From positions 47,559-111,558 of the forward strand of contig CAZDOT010000001.1 in the NCBI GenBank assembly GCA_964507125.1: a stretch of DNA of 64,000 nucleotides, written 5' to 3'. Of the stretch, positions 22,474-32,001 are shown one piece after another. Every line of letters begins with the position of its first letter. Position 1 is the first letter of the stretch. The notes beneath the pieces were generated by a model, which saw nothing but the letters and a program-made list of their open reading frames with translations, ran no database searches and was not told the DNA's origin. Source of the stretch: an uncultured Chitinophagales bacterium (GTDB lineage: Bacteria > Bacteroidota > Bacteroidia > Chitinophagales > JADIYW01). The translations under genes were made by a program, and so were the position numbers.

Positions 22474-23730
22474 ATGGCAAATGATAAAAATGTTTCTGTA
22501 TCCTATCAGATAAGTATTATAGGTGTTTTATTTTTCATTTTTGGATTTATTACTTGGGCAAATGGCACATTAATTCCATATCTAAAAATTGCATGCGAAT
22601 TAAATAACACACAACAATACTACGTAGCCACTGCCTTTTTTGCCGCATATTTTATTATGGCAATTCCATCTTCTATTATCTTGAAAAAAACAGGATTTAA
22701 AAATGGGATGTCTGTCGGGTTATTTATAATGGCAATTGGTGCATTATTATTTATTCCGGCGGCACAAACCAGAACATATAATTTATTTTTATTCGGATTA
22801 TTTATCATTGGAACAGGCTTAGCCTTATTGCAAACAGCCGCCAATCCGTTTGTTACCGTATTAGGTCCGATAGAAAGTGCAGCACAGCGAATTTCTATTA
22901 TGGGAATTTGTAATAAAATTGCCGGCATTTGTGCTATCTACGTTTTAGGTTCTATAGCATTAAAAGATGCTGATGGCATAAAAGCTAAATTGCTGATTTT
23001 AAATGATGCTGATAAGGCAGTAGAATTAAATGCATTGGCTGCACGCGTTATTCAACCTTATACCATTTTGGCTATCGTATTGATTGTTTTAGCAATTGCT
23101 ATTTTCTTTATAAAGATGCCGGAAGTACATGAAGAAGAAACCAACATCGACTCAGAAAAATTAACAAACAAAACCAGCATTTTTCAATTTCCGCATTTAT
23201 TATTAGGTGCGTTGGCCATCTTTTTTTATGTTGGTGTTGAAGTTATCAGCTATGATACATTTGCCAACTTTGGCGAACATTTAGGGTACAAATTAGATGT
23301 TGCCAAAAACTTTCCGACTTATACCGGTTATGCTTTATTGGTTGGTTATATTTTTAATATCATCGCTATACCAAAATACATATCACAACAAAAAGCCATG
23401 TTGATTTTAACCATACTTAGTATGCTTTTGGTTTTATTATCTGTATTTACAAGTGGACAAGTTGCCATTATCAGTTTTATGTTATTAGGATTCTCGAATG
23501 CAGTAATGTGGCCGGCTATTTGGCCATTAGCGATTGATGGTTTAGGTAGATTTACAAAAATAGGTTCCGCATTTTTAATTATGGGAATTGTTGGAGGGGC
23601 AATTTTACCACCACTTTATGGAAAAATATCTCAATTAATTGGCAATAATCAAACAGCCTATTTAATGATGATACCATGTTATTTATACATTTTGTATTAC
23701 ACTGTTTCAGGGCATAAAGCCGGAAAATAA
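22474..23730 (+). CDS. Sugar MFS transporter (FucP/GluP glucose-galactose-fucose permease family)
   Basis: ATG at 22474 (MANDKNVS) is preferred over the TTG at 22444. GFITWANGTLIPYLK and 12 TM helices are typical of the FucP/GluP subfamily. Confidence 0.85.
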   Translation: MANDKNVSVSYQISIIGVLFFIFGFITWANGTLIPYLKIACELNNTQQYYVATAFFAAYFIMAIPSSIILKKTGFKNGMSVGLFIMAIGALLFIPAAQTRTYNLFLFGLFIIGTGLALLQTAANPFVTVLGPIESAAQRISIMGICNKIAGICAIYVLGSIALKDADGIKAKLLILNDADKAVELNALAARVIQPYTILAIVLIVLAIAIFFIKMPEVHEEETNIDSEKLTNKTSIFQFPHLLLGALAIFFYVGVEVISYDTFANFGEHLGYKLDVAKNFPTYTGYALLVGYIFNIIAIPKYISQQKAMLILTILSMLLVLLSVFTSGQVAIISFMLLGFSNAVMWPAIWPLAIDGLGRFTKIGSAFLIMGIVGGAILPPLYGKISQLIGNNQTAYLMMIPCYLYILYYTVSGHKAGK

Positions 23731-23745
23731 TCGTGTAGAATTGAC

Positions 23746-23753
23746 TATTTTTG
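23746..23753 (+). promoter_or_regulatory. -7 promoter box (TATTTTTG) 4 nt upstream of the dihydroorotase ATG
   Basis: TAnnTTTG match; the ATG is at 23758. Confidence 0.4.
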
Positions 23754-23757
23754 CAGC

Positions 23758-25092
23758 ATGAAATATCTTATTAAAAACGGAAAAATAATTAATGAAGGGA
23801 AAATTCAAGAAGCAGATATTTTAATAAAAGAGAATATCATTCAACGAATAGATAAAGATATTTCTGATGCAGATGCCATTATAATTGATGCACAAAGCCA
23901 ATATGTAATTCCCGGAATCATTGACGACCAAGTGCATTTTCGCGAACCGGGTTTAACACATAAAGCAACTATTTATTCGGAAAGTAAGGCAGCTATTGCC
24001 GGTGGTGTAACCTCTTTCATGGAGCAACCCAACACAAAACCATCGGCACTTACACAAGCATTATTAGAACAAAAATATGCGATAGCAGCCAACTCTTCAT
24101 TGGCAAATTACACGTTCTTTATGGGAACGTCGAATGACAACTATGAAGAAGTAATGAAAACAGATTTCTCTAAAGTTGGTGCTTTAAAAATTTTCATGGG
24201 CTCTTCTACCGGAAACATGTTAGTAGATGACGAACATATTTTAAATAAGATATTCGCAAACATAAATGGAATCATCGTTACGCATTGCGAAGACGAACAG
24301 ACTATTAAAAACAACACAGCATTATACCAACAAAAGTTTGGTGAAAATATTCCGATGAACTTTCATCCTATTATTCGCAGTGATGAAGCATGTTATATCT
24401 CATCAAAATTAGCAGTTGATTTAGCTACTAAACATCAAGCTCGTTTGCATATTTTCCATGTATCTACTGGAAAAGAATTGGCATTATTTAGAAATGATAT
24501 TCCATTAAAAGAAAAGAAAATTACAGCAGAAGTATGTGTGCATCATTTGTTTTTTGATGAACGAGACTATGCATCGTTAGGTAGCAAAATAAAATGCAAT
24601 CCGGCAATAAAATTCCAACACGACAAAGCTGCTTTGTTACAAGCATTATTAGATGATAGATTAGATGTAGTTGCAACAGATCATGCGCCACATACATTGG
24701 AAGAAAAAAATAATTCCTATTTACATGCACCTTCCGGATTACCATTAGTACAACATAGTTTAAATATGATGTTGGATTTTTATCAGCAACAAAAAATGTC
24801 ATTAGAAAAAATAGTAGAGAAAATGTGCCATGCTCCTGCTGATTGTTTTAATATTAAAAACAGAGGCTACTTAAGAGAAGGCTATTTTGCTGATATTGCT
24901 ATCGTAGATATAGATAAAAAATGGACGATACAAAAAGATACCATTTTATATCAATGTGGCTGGAGCCCGATAGAAAAACAAACTGTAACGGGAAAAGTAA
25001 CGCATACTTTTGTCAATGGACATCTTGTTTTTAAACATGGTGCATTTGACGAAAGCATAAAAGGCGAGCGTTTACTTTTCAATATTGCATAA
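23758..25092 (+). CDS. pyrC: Dihydroorotase (cyclic amidohydrolase family)
   Basis: Metal-binding DDQVHFREPG and VATDHAPH motifs. The length of about 444 aa fits the long-type dihydroorotase. Allantoinase or hydantoinase cannot be fully excluded. Confidence 0.8.
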   Translation: MKYLIKNGKIINEGKIQEADILIKENIIQRIDKDISDADAIIIDAQSQYVIPGIIDDQVHFREPGLTHKATIYSESKAAIAGGVTSFMEQPNTKPSALTQALLEQKYAIAANSSLANYTFFMGTSNDNYEEVMKTDFSKVGALKIFMGSSTGNMLVDDEHILNKIFANINGIIVTHCEDEQTIKNNTALYQQKFGENIPMNFHPIIRSDEACYISSKLAVDLATKHQARLHIFHVSTGKELALFRNDIPLKEKKITAEVCVHHLFFDERDYASLGSKIKCNPAIKFQHDKAALLQALLDDRLDVVATDHAPHTLEEKNNSYLHAPSGLPLVQHSLNMMLDFYQQQKMSLEKIVEKMCHAPADCFNIKNRGYLREGYFADIAIVDIDKKWTIQKDTILYQCGWSPIEKQTVTGKVTHTFVNGHLVFKHGAFDESIKGERLLFNIA

Positions 25093-25096
25093 AAAA

Positions 25097-25120
25097 AAGG
25101 CGAAAAAAATTTCGCCTTCT
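25097..25120 (+). terminator. Weak rho-independent terminator after pyrC
   Basis: GGCGAAA-AAAA-TTTCGCC hairpin with a short T-rich tail. Confidence 0.45.
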
Positions 25121-25290
25121 ATAAAAGGTAACCAGTCTTTAATGAATCATTCAGATGTTTCTCAACAGCTTTTCATAGTTATGATTTCGATACAAATATG
25201 TATTATTTTATAAAACAATGCAATATCTATTTAGTAAGTGGGCAATTTTAATTAGTATTCGGGAAGTTTCGCTTAGTATTTGATATTCTT

Positions 25291-25298
25291 TATATTTG
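25291..25298 (+). promoter_or_regulatory. -7 promoter box (TATATTTG) 4 nt upstream of the PLP-enzyme ATG
   Basis: TAnnTTTG match; the ATG is at 25303. Confidence 0.4.
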
Positions 25299-25302
25299 AC
25301 GT

Positions 25303-26520
25303 ATGAATAAATTTTCTAAAAAAGGATTTCATTCCATTTGTGTAAAAGATCCATTAATAGATGGATTATCGTCACATGTACCGCCTATTTATGCAACTTC
25401 TACTTTTGCGTATGATAATTTAGAAGCAGCTTTTGATTTTTTTAAAAGCGGAGGAAAAACGGAAGGTGTATATACTTACTCGAGATTAGGCAACCCGACT
25501 GTAAAATTTGTAGGTGAAAAGATTGCCGCATTAGAAGCATATGGTATCGAGAATGCAGATATATTTGGATTATTATTTTCATCGGGCATGGCTGCTATTT
25601 CTGCGGCTATTTTGGCAAATGTAAAAGCCGGCGACAAAGTAATTACTCAAGGCAATTTATATGGAACAACCAATGAATTATTGGTTTCCTTTTTAAAAGA
25701 TTATGGCATTGAAACTATCTATGCAGATTTAAAAGATTTGAATTTTGTAGAAGATGCTATTATCAACGATGAAAAAATAAAATTACTTTATATTGAAACG
25801 CCTGCTAACCCAACTTTGGCATGTTATGACTTAGATGGATTGGCTGCAATCGCACAAAATTTAGGCGTTAAAACAATTGTAGATAATACGTTTGCCTCGC
25901 CTTATATTCAACAGCCATTAAAATATGGAATTGATTTCGTGGTGCATTCATCCACCAAATTTTTAAACGGACATGGCACGGCTACTACTGGTGTGGTGAT
26001 TGGAAAAAACGAACCGGCTATTTACAATCGTGTATATGGAATTCAAAAAATGTTGGGTGCTGTCTGCTCTCCTTTTGATGCGTACTTATTAAATAATGGC
26101 ATAAAAACATTGCCATTACGCATGGAACAACATCAGAAAAATGCACAAGCTTTAGCAGAATTTTTAGCCACACACGTTGCTGTTCAACGAGTGAATTATT
26201 TAGGTTTAAAAGAACACGAAGATCATCAATTAGCCAAAGAACAAATGAGTGGATTTTCCGGCATGTTGAGTTTTGAATTGAAAGGAGGCATGCAAGCCGG
26301 CATGAATTTTATGCGTGGCATTCAATTTTGCACACTCACTGCAACCTTAGGAACGGCAGATACGTTGGTGACGCATTCCGCTTCTACCAGCCATGTGAAT
26401 GTACCTAAAGAGCAACGAGAACAATACGGTATTACGGATGGGCTCATTCGATGTTCTGTTGGATTGGAAAATATAGAAGATATTCTCGAAGATTTTAGCA
26501 ATGCATTAAATGGAATATAA
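25303..26520 (+). CDS. PLP-dependent Cys/Met-metabolism enzyme (methionine gamma-lyase / cystathionine beta-lyase / O-acylhomoserine sulfhydrylase family)
   Basis: The PLP-lysine region VVHSSTKFLNGHG and overall trans-sulfuration family features (YSRLGNPT, DNTFASPY). Exact specificity cannot be decided from the sequence alone. Confidence 0.85.
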   Translation: MNKFSKKGFHSICVKDPLIDGLSSHVPPIYATSTFAYDNLEAAFDFFKSGGKTEGVYTYSRLGNPTVKFVGEKIAALEAYGIENADIFGLLFSSGMAAISAAILANVKAGDKVITQGNLYGTTNELLVSFLKDYGIETIYADLKDLNFVEDAIINDEKIKLLYIETPANPTLACYDLDGLAAIAQNLGVKTIVDNTFASPYIQQPLKYGIDFVVHSSTKFLNGHGTATTGVVIGKNEPAIYNRVYGIQKMLGAVCSPFDAYLLNNGIKTLPLRMEQHQKNAQALAEFLATHVAVQRVNYLGLKEHEDHQLAKEQMSGFSGMLSFELKGGMQAGMNFMRGIQFCTLTATLGTADTLVTHSASTSHVNVPKEQREQYGITDGLIRCSVGLENIEDILEDFSNALNGI

Positions 26521-26553
26521 AAAAAAGTGCTTGAATTACCAAGCACTTTTTTG
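26520..26553. terminator. Bidirectional rho-independent terminator between the PLP enzyme gene and fumC
   Basis: AGTGCTTG-AATTAC-CAAGCACT hairpin flanked by AAAAAA and TTTTTT. Confidence 0.7.
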
Positions 26554-26573
26554 TATTTAATTGTTCGATGAAA

Positions 26574-27974
26574 TTATTTCAACCCACCGATCATATCTTC
26601 CGGTTTTACCCACTCATCAAATTGTTTTGCTGTTAGATAGCCCAATTTAATGGCAGTTTCCTTCAAAGTAGCATTGTTTTTATGTGCAGTTTGAGCAATC
26701 TCAGCAGCTTTATAGTAGCCTATTTTTGTATTCAATGCTGTAACTAACATCAATGAATTATCTAAATTCTTTTTAATGTTATCGTGCAATGGTTGAATTC
26801 CGGTAGCACATTTATCATTAAATGATACGCATACATCACCAATTAAACGTGCACTGTGCAAGAAATTATAAATCATTACCGGTTTAAATACATTCAATTC
26901 AAAATGTCCATTGCAACCACCCACGTTTATTGCCACATCGTTTCCTAATACTTGAGCCGCCACCATTGTCATAGCTTCGCATTGTGTTGGGTTTACTTTT
27001 CCGGGCATAATAGATGAACCCGGTTCGTTGTCCGGAATATGTATTTCACCAATACCACATCTTGGTCCAGAAGAAAGCATACGAATATCATTTCCTATTT
27101 TCATCAATGAAACCGCCACTGTTTTTAATGCACCATGTGCTTCCACAATAGCATCGTGTGCCGCTAAAGATTCAAATTTATTATCGGCTGTAACAAATGG
27201 TAAGCCTGTTAGCGTAGCAATTTCTTTAGCAACATTTTTAGCATATCCTTTTGGTGTGTTAATGCCTGTTCCTACTGCTGTTCCGCCCAATGCTAATTCG
27301 GAAAGATGAGCTAATGAATTTTCAATTGCTTTTAATCCATGATCTAATTGAGATACATATCCTGAAAATTCTTGTCCTAATGTTAATGGTGTTGCATCCA
27401 TAAAATGGGTACGACCAATTTTCACAATTTTAGAAAATTCTTTAGATTTTTTGGCTAATGTATTTCTTAATTTTTTTATTCCCGGAATTGTTTTTTCTAT
27501 TAAGATGCTGTACGCTGCAATATGCATCGCTGTTGGGAATGTATCATTTGATGATTGAGATTTATTGACATCGTCATTTGGATTAATCAACTTTTTCTCG
27601 TCGGTTAATTGTCCGCCTAATAATACATGACCTCTATAAGCAATTACTTCATTTACGTTCATGTTGGATTGCGTACCAGAGCCAGTTTGCCAAACTACTA
27701 ATGGAAATTGGTCGTCTAATTTTCCGGCTAAAATTTCGTCACATACTATACCAATTGTTTCGCATTTTTGTTTTTCTAATACTTTTGCTTTGTAATTAGT
27801 AATAGCGGCTGCTTTCTTTAAGTAGGCAAATGCACGAATAATTTCTTTCGGCATTTTATTAATGTCTTGAGCAATTTGAAAATTCTCGATAGAACGTTGT
27901 GTTTGTGCACCATAGTACGCATCAATAGGAACATTTACTTTTCCCATGGTGTCTTTTTCAATTCTGTATTGCAT
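26574..27974 (-). CDS. fumC: Class II fumarate hydratase
   Basis: Fumarate lyase signature [15 protein letters not shown], plus [12 protein letters not shown] and QSSND motifs. Confidence 0.95.
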   Translation of the reverse strand: MQYRIEKDTMGKVNVPIDAYYGAQTQRSIENFQIAQDINKMPKEIIRAFAYLKKAAAITNYKAKVLEKQKCETIGIVCDEILAGKLDDQFPLVVWQTGSGTQSNMNVNEVIAYRGHVLLGGQLTDEKKLINPNDDVNKSQSSNDTFPTAMHIAAYSILIEKTIPGIKKLRNTLAKKSKEFSKIVKIGRTHFMDATPLTLGQEFSGYVSQLDHGLKAIENSLAHLSELALGGTAVGTGINTPKGYAKNVAKEIATLTGLPFVTADNKFESLAAHDAIVEAHGALKTVAVSLMKIGNDIRMLSSGPRCGIGEIHIPDNEPGSSIMPGKVNPTQCEAMTMVAAQVLGNDVAINVGGCNGHFELNVFKPVMIYNFLHSARLIGDVCVSFNDKCATGIQPLHDNIKKNLDNSLMLVTALNTKIGYYKAAEIAQTAHKNNATLKETAIKLGYLTAKQFDEWVKPEDMIGGLK

Positions 27975-28012
27975 TTTTATTTATGATTTGTATTTAATGA
28001 ATAGATTTCGAA

Positions 28013-28792
28013 TTATTTTCCTTGAAAATCCGGTTTACGTTTTTCTAAAAAAGCTTGCACACCTTCTTTTACATCTGCTGTATTAAAGATGGTACCGAAT
28101 GCATTTACTTCCGTTGCAAAACCATCTACGCCATCTTTATAATATGCATTTACACATTCAATTACTTTTGCAATGGCAACCGGGCCTTTTGTTCCAATTT
28201 TATTTAAGATAGATTTTGCTTTTTCTAATGCAGCATTTTTATCTGCTTCCACATAATTCACCAAGCCTAAGTTTAATGCCGTTTGTGCATCTATCATATC
28301 AGCAGTTAAATGCAATTCCAATGCTTTTGCTTTTCCAATATATTGCACCAAACGTTGTGTTCCACCGTAGCCTGCAATAATTCCTAAATTTACTTCCGGC
28401 TGACCAAATTTTGCATTCGGTGTTGCAATACGTAAATGGCAAGCCATTGACAACTCACAGCCACCACCTAATGCAAATCCATTTACGACAGCAATTACCG
28501 GAATCGGCATTTGTTCTATTGCAAAAAAGATATCGTGACCACGTTGTGCTAATGCTTTAGCTTGTTGTGCATCTAAGCCTTGGAACTCTGAAATATCAGC
28601 ACCGGCAACAAAGGCTTTATCACCTGCACCAACTAATATTATACCTTTAATTTTTTCATTTTTTGCTTGCTCAAATGCAGCTTTAATATCTGTTAATGTA
28701 TCTGCATTTAAAGCGTTCAGTTTATCTGCACGATTGATAGTAATTGTTAGAATTTCTTCTTCCAAATTCCACAATAAATTTTTGAATTCCAT
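28013..28792 (-). CDS. Enoyl-CoA hydratase (crotonase family)
   Basis: Crotonase fold motifs: ITINRADKLNAL, FVAGADISEF, and VNGFALGGGCELSMACHLRIA. It starts 9 nt after the nuoN stop. Confidence 0.85.
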   Translation of the reverse strand: MEFKNLLWNLEEEILTITINRADKLNALNADTLTDIKAAFEQAKNEKIKGIILVGAGDKAFVAGADISEFQGLDAQQAKALAQRGHDIFFAIEQMPIPVIAVVNGFALGGGCELSMACHLRIATPNAKFGQPEVNLGIIAGYGGTQRLVQYIGKAKALELHLTADMIDAQTALNLGLVNYVEADKNAALEKAKSILNKIGTKGPVAIAKVIECVNAYYKDGVDGFATEVNAFGTIFNTADVKEGVQAFLEKRKPDFQGK

Positions 28793-28801
28793 ACTAAATA
28801 T

Positions 28802-30193
28802 TTAGAAAATTAAATTATATACATAATCTGGTGCAATACCGATTGCTAAAAGCAAAAAAGAAACCAAAATCATTAATAGTTTTGTAAAAGAACCCATTTC
28901 TGGTGTTGATGTTTGGTTTGGAGTTTTTGCAAACATAGCTATGATGATTCTGAAATAGTAATACACACCAATTAAAGATGCTAATATGGCAATAATGGCA
29001 ATCATCATATAACCTCTGCCTATAACATCTAACAAAATAAAATACTTTGCAAAGAAACCACCTAAAGGTGGAATTCCTGCCATTGATAACAAGCCCAACG
29101 TCATTGTTCCGGCTAAAATTGGATTGCGTTTTACCAAACCATTGAACACACTGATGTCTTCTGCATCATCTTGTTTGGAAACAATAATCAACACCCAAAA
29201 CGTTAAGATATTTGCTAAACAATACGCCAATAAATAATACCATGTAGTGAAATTTACAGTTGGGCTTATCATGGCGATTCCGAGAATTATAAAACCGGCA
29301 TGGCCGATACTGGAATACGCCAACAATCGTTTTACATTTGATTGAGAAGCCGCAATTACATTTCCAACAACAATGGTTAGTATGGCAATAATTAGAAAAA
29401 TTAATAAATAAGCACTAAAGAAATCATATTGTGCATAAACCGCAACAACGCCAACATACAATCTATAAAATCCGGCTATGGCACCAATTTTTACTATGGT
29501 TGACATATATGCCGTAATGGAAGTGGGTGCACCTGTATAAACATCGGGTGCCCAAAAGTGAAATGGCACTGCCGACATTTTAAAAGCAAAAGCAAATAAA
29601 ATTATAACCAAACCGATGGCTACTAATTTCTCACTTAAACCATACGGCAACAAAGCTGATGCGGCAATTTGTGTGATATAAAAACTGCCCACACCACCAT
29701 ATACCATTACTATACCTAGCAATAAGAAACCACTGGCAAAGGCTCCTAATAGAAAATATTTGAAAGCTGCTTCGTTAGAATATACATTACGCTTATCGCT
29801 ACCTGCTAAAATATAAACCGGAATAGATAAAATCTCAACGCCTAAAAACATCATTGAAAGATGCGTGTAAGATGAAAGTAAAAACACACCTACTAATGAA
29901 AACAAGACCAATGAAAAATGGTCAGAAATATTGGTTTCATCCGAGAAATAATTTTTTGCCATAATAAACCACACCAAGGCAATTACAGAAAATAAAATAG
30001 TAAATGCTAAAGCGGAATTATCCAAACGCAACATACCATAAATAGATTCGTTGGAACCTAAATCGTGGTAGCAAATACCGATATTTAATAATAATCCGAA
30101 GATGACAAATGGATAAATGAGCTTACGTGCATTGATGATTTCTGCTACTAATGCTAAAACGCCTAATCCGGATAACAATAATAATTCTTTCAT
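28802..30193 (-). CDS. nuoN: NADH-quinone oxidoreductase subunit N
   Basis: Antiporter-like subunit with about 14 TM helices. Motifs include KMSAVPFHFWAPDVY and LLAYSSIGHAGF. It is the last nuo gene. Confidence 0.9.
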   Translation of the reverse strand: MKELLLLSGLGVLALVAEIINARKLIYPFVIFGLLLNIGICYHDLGSNESIYGMLRLDNSALAFTILFSVIALVWFIMAKNYFSDETNISDHFSLVLFSLVGVFLLSSYTHLSMMFLGVEILSIPVYILAGSDKRNVYSNEAAFKYFLLGAFASGFLLLGIVMVYGGVGSFYITQIAASALLPYGLSEKLVAIGLVIILFAFAFKMSAVPFHFWAPDVYTGAPTSITAYMSTIVKIGAIAGFYRLYVGVVAVYAQYDFFSAYLLIFLIIAILTIVVGNVIAASQSNVKRLLAYSSIGHAGFIILGIAMISPTVNFTTWYYLLAYCLANILTFWVLIIVSKQDDAEDISVFNGLVKRNPILAGTMTLGLLSMAGIPPLGGFFAKYFILLDVIGRGYMMIAIIAILASLIGVYYYFRIIIAMFAKTPNQTSTPEMGSFTKLLMILVSFLLLAIGIAPDYVYNLIF

Positions 30194-30244
30194 TTTTATT
30201 CTTTTACCAATGCATCTGTATGCACTGCTTATTTTATTTACTCT

Positions 30245-31729
30245 TTAAAATTTAGCGTACGATGGTAAGGCTGTTACGGTACGTACGTGTTCAATTAATT
30301 GTTTTATAGGTTCTTCTGATACATGTAAAATGACATTTGGAAAAATCCCAAAAAATAAAATTAAAACTGCCATCGCTCCTAATAATATTTTTTCATGACG
30401 TGTGATGGTGCTAAATGTCATCGTCAAATCATTGGTTTCTCCGTGCATGATTTTTTGGTATGCACGTAACATATACAAGGCACTCAACACCACGGTAGTA
30501 CAAGCAAAAACGGCTGCTATGGTATTATATTGAAACACACCATGTAACAACAAAAATTCGCCAACAAAGCCATTGGTTATGGGCAATGCCACGCTCGCAA
30601 AAGTTACGATTAAAAAGAATGCACCAAATGTTTTGGATACATTTCGGATGCCACCTAAGTTGTTCATGTTATCTGTTTTCATTCGATGTAAAATCATATC
30701 ACAAATGAAAAACAATGCAACGACATTGATACCATGCGACAACATTTGATACAACGCACCTTGTACGCCTTGCAAGTTGAATGTGAAAATTCCGGCTGCT
30801 ATTAAACCAACGTGTCCTAACGAAGAATAAGCCAACATTCTTTTAAATTGATGTTGAGATAATGCCAACAACGAACCATAAACGACGCTAATAACGCTTA
30901 AAATAATGACATATTTTGAAGCCAATTTCCAACCAATTGGAACAATAGGTATTAGCCAAACAATTAATGCGAATGTTCCCATTTTTAGCATAATTCCGGA
31001 CAATAACATAGTGCCTTGTGTGGGTGCATTTACGTAGGTATCTGCCTGCCAAGTATGCAATGGGAAAATTGGAATTTTGATAGCAAATGCTAAATAGAAA
31101 GCTATAAAAATAAAGACCTGTTGTTTTGCCGACAATATGGAACCGTATTGGTATAAATCATAGATATTAAATGTACGTTCGGGATTGTGTAACCATAAAA
31201 ATATGATAGCTAACAACATGAATAAACTTCCGAATAACGTAAAGATGAAAAATTTAAACGTAATGCGTTGTCGGCCTTCATCACCAAAAATTAAACAAAT
31301 TAAATAAATTGGAATCAAAGCTAATTCCCAAAATACATAAAACAACAACGCATCTTTTGCTAAAAAAACACCAAACAATGCACTTTGCATTGCTAATATT
31401 AAACTAAAATATGCTTTCGGATTTTTTATTTCTCGTTCATACGCACTATACACAATAAACGGTACTAATAATGCGGTTAATAATACCAACACAAAATTAA
31501 TTCCATCTATTTTAATAAAAAAAGAAGCACCTAATTTTCCAATCCAATCTGTAATAAAAACAAAGTCGATACTTGTAGGTTGTACCGTATAATTATACAA
31601 CGTATAAACGCTTAAACCTAAAGTTGCCAACGAACCGACTAACGTATTATTTTTTACTTGCTTCTCGCCCAAAAACAAATTAAAGAGCAAAAAAACAAGT
31701 GGCAGAATGATGATTAACAATGCTAACAT
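30245..31729 (-). CDS. nuoM: NADH-quinone oxidoreductase subunit M
   Basis: Antiporter-like subunit. Motifs include PLHTWQADTYVNAPTQGTMLLSG and MLAYSSLGHVG. Confidence 0.9.
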   Translation of the reverse strand: MLALLIIILPLVFLLFNLFLGEKQVKNNTLVGSLATLGLSVYTLYNYTVQPTSIDFVFITDWIGKLGASFFIKIDGINFVLVLLTALLVPFIVYSAYEREIKNPKAYFSLILAMQSALFGVFLAKDALLFYVFWELALIPIYLICLIFGDEGRQRITFKFFIFTLFGSLFMLLAIIFLWLHNPERTFNIYDLYQYGSILSAKQQVFIFIAFYLAFAIKIPIFPLHTWQADTYVNAPTQGTMLLSGIMLKMGTFALIVWLIPIVPIGWKLASKYVIILSVISVVYGSLLALSQHQFKRMLAYSSLGHVGLIAAGIFTFNLQGVQGALYQMLSHGINVVALFFICDMILHRMKTDNMNNLGGIRNVSKTFGAFFLIVTFASVALPITNGFVGEFLLLHGVFQYNTIAAVFACTTVVLSALYMLRAYQKIMHGETNDLTMTFSTITRHEKILLGAMAVLILFFGIFPNVILHVSEEPIKQLIEHVRTVTALPSYAKF

Positions 31730-31758
31730 GAACTATATATTCTATCAAAAAAATTAAA

Positions 31759-31998
31759 TTAAATCACAAACAAACACACAATTTTATCCAACAACAAACA
31801 CGCTGATTTTGCAATAAGATGATTATACGCATCTACCAAAAAGCCGGAAATATACGTATCAACTTTACCACTTAAAGCTAAATAAGCAACTTGTGTAGCA
31901 CCAATAAATAGTGCAATTTTTTGTACCGATTTTGCATTAAATGTATGCAACACCGGAATGGCTACCACCAATAAGGTCATTAAAAAAATCAACATCAT
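31759..31998 (-). CDS. 79-codon hydrophobic ORF filling the nuoL-nuoM gap (hypothetical membrane peptide or gene remnant)
   Basis: The ATG lies 3 nt after the nuoL stop codon, and the ORF occupies almost the whole 272-bp gap. The N-terminal helix is MMLIFLMTLLVVAIPVL. There is no homology evidence. Confidence 0.35.
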   Translation of the reverse strand: MMLIFLMTLLVVAIPVLHTFNAKSVQKIALFIGATQVAYLALSGKVDTYISGFLVDAYNHLIAKSACLLLDKIVCLFVI

Positions 31999-32001
31999 AG
32001 T

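Noticed and set aside
25121-25302. Possible SAM or other riboswitch in the 210-bp leader region of the Cys/Met-metabolism PLP enzyme gene
   Set aside because: I read both strands and found none of the conserved SAM-I/II-type core sequences or a convincing multi-stem structure. The best -7 box is only 4 nt from the ATG, which leaves no leader for a riboswitch.
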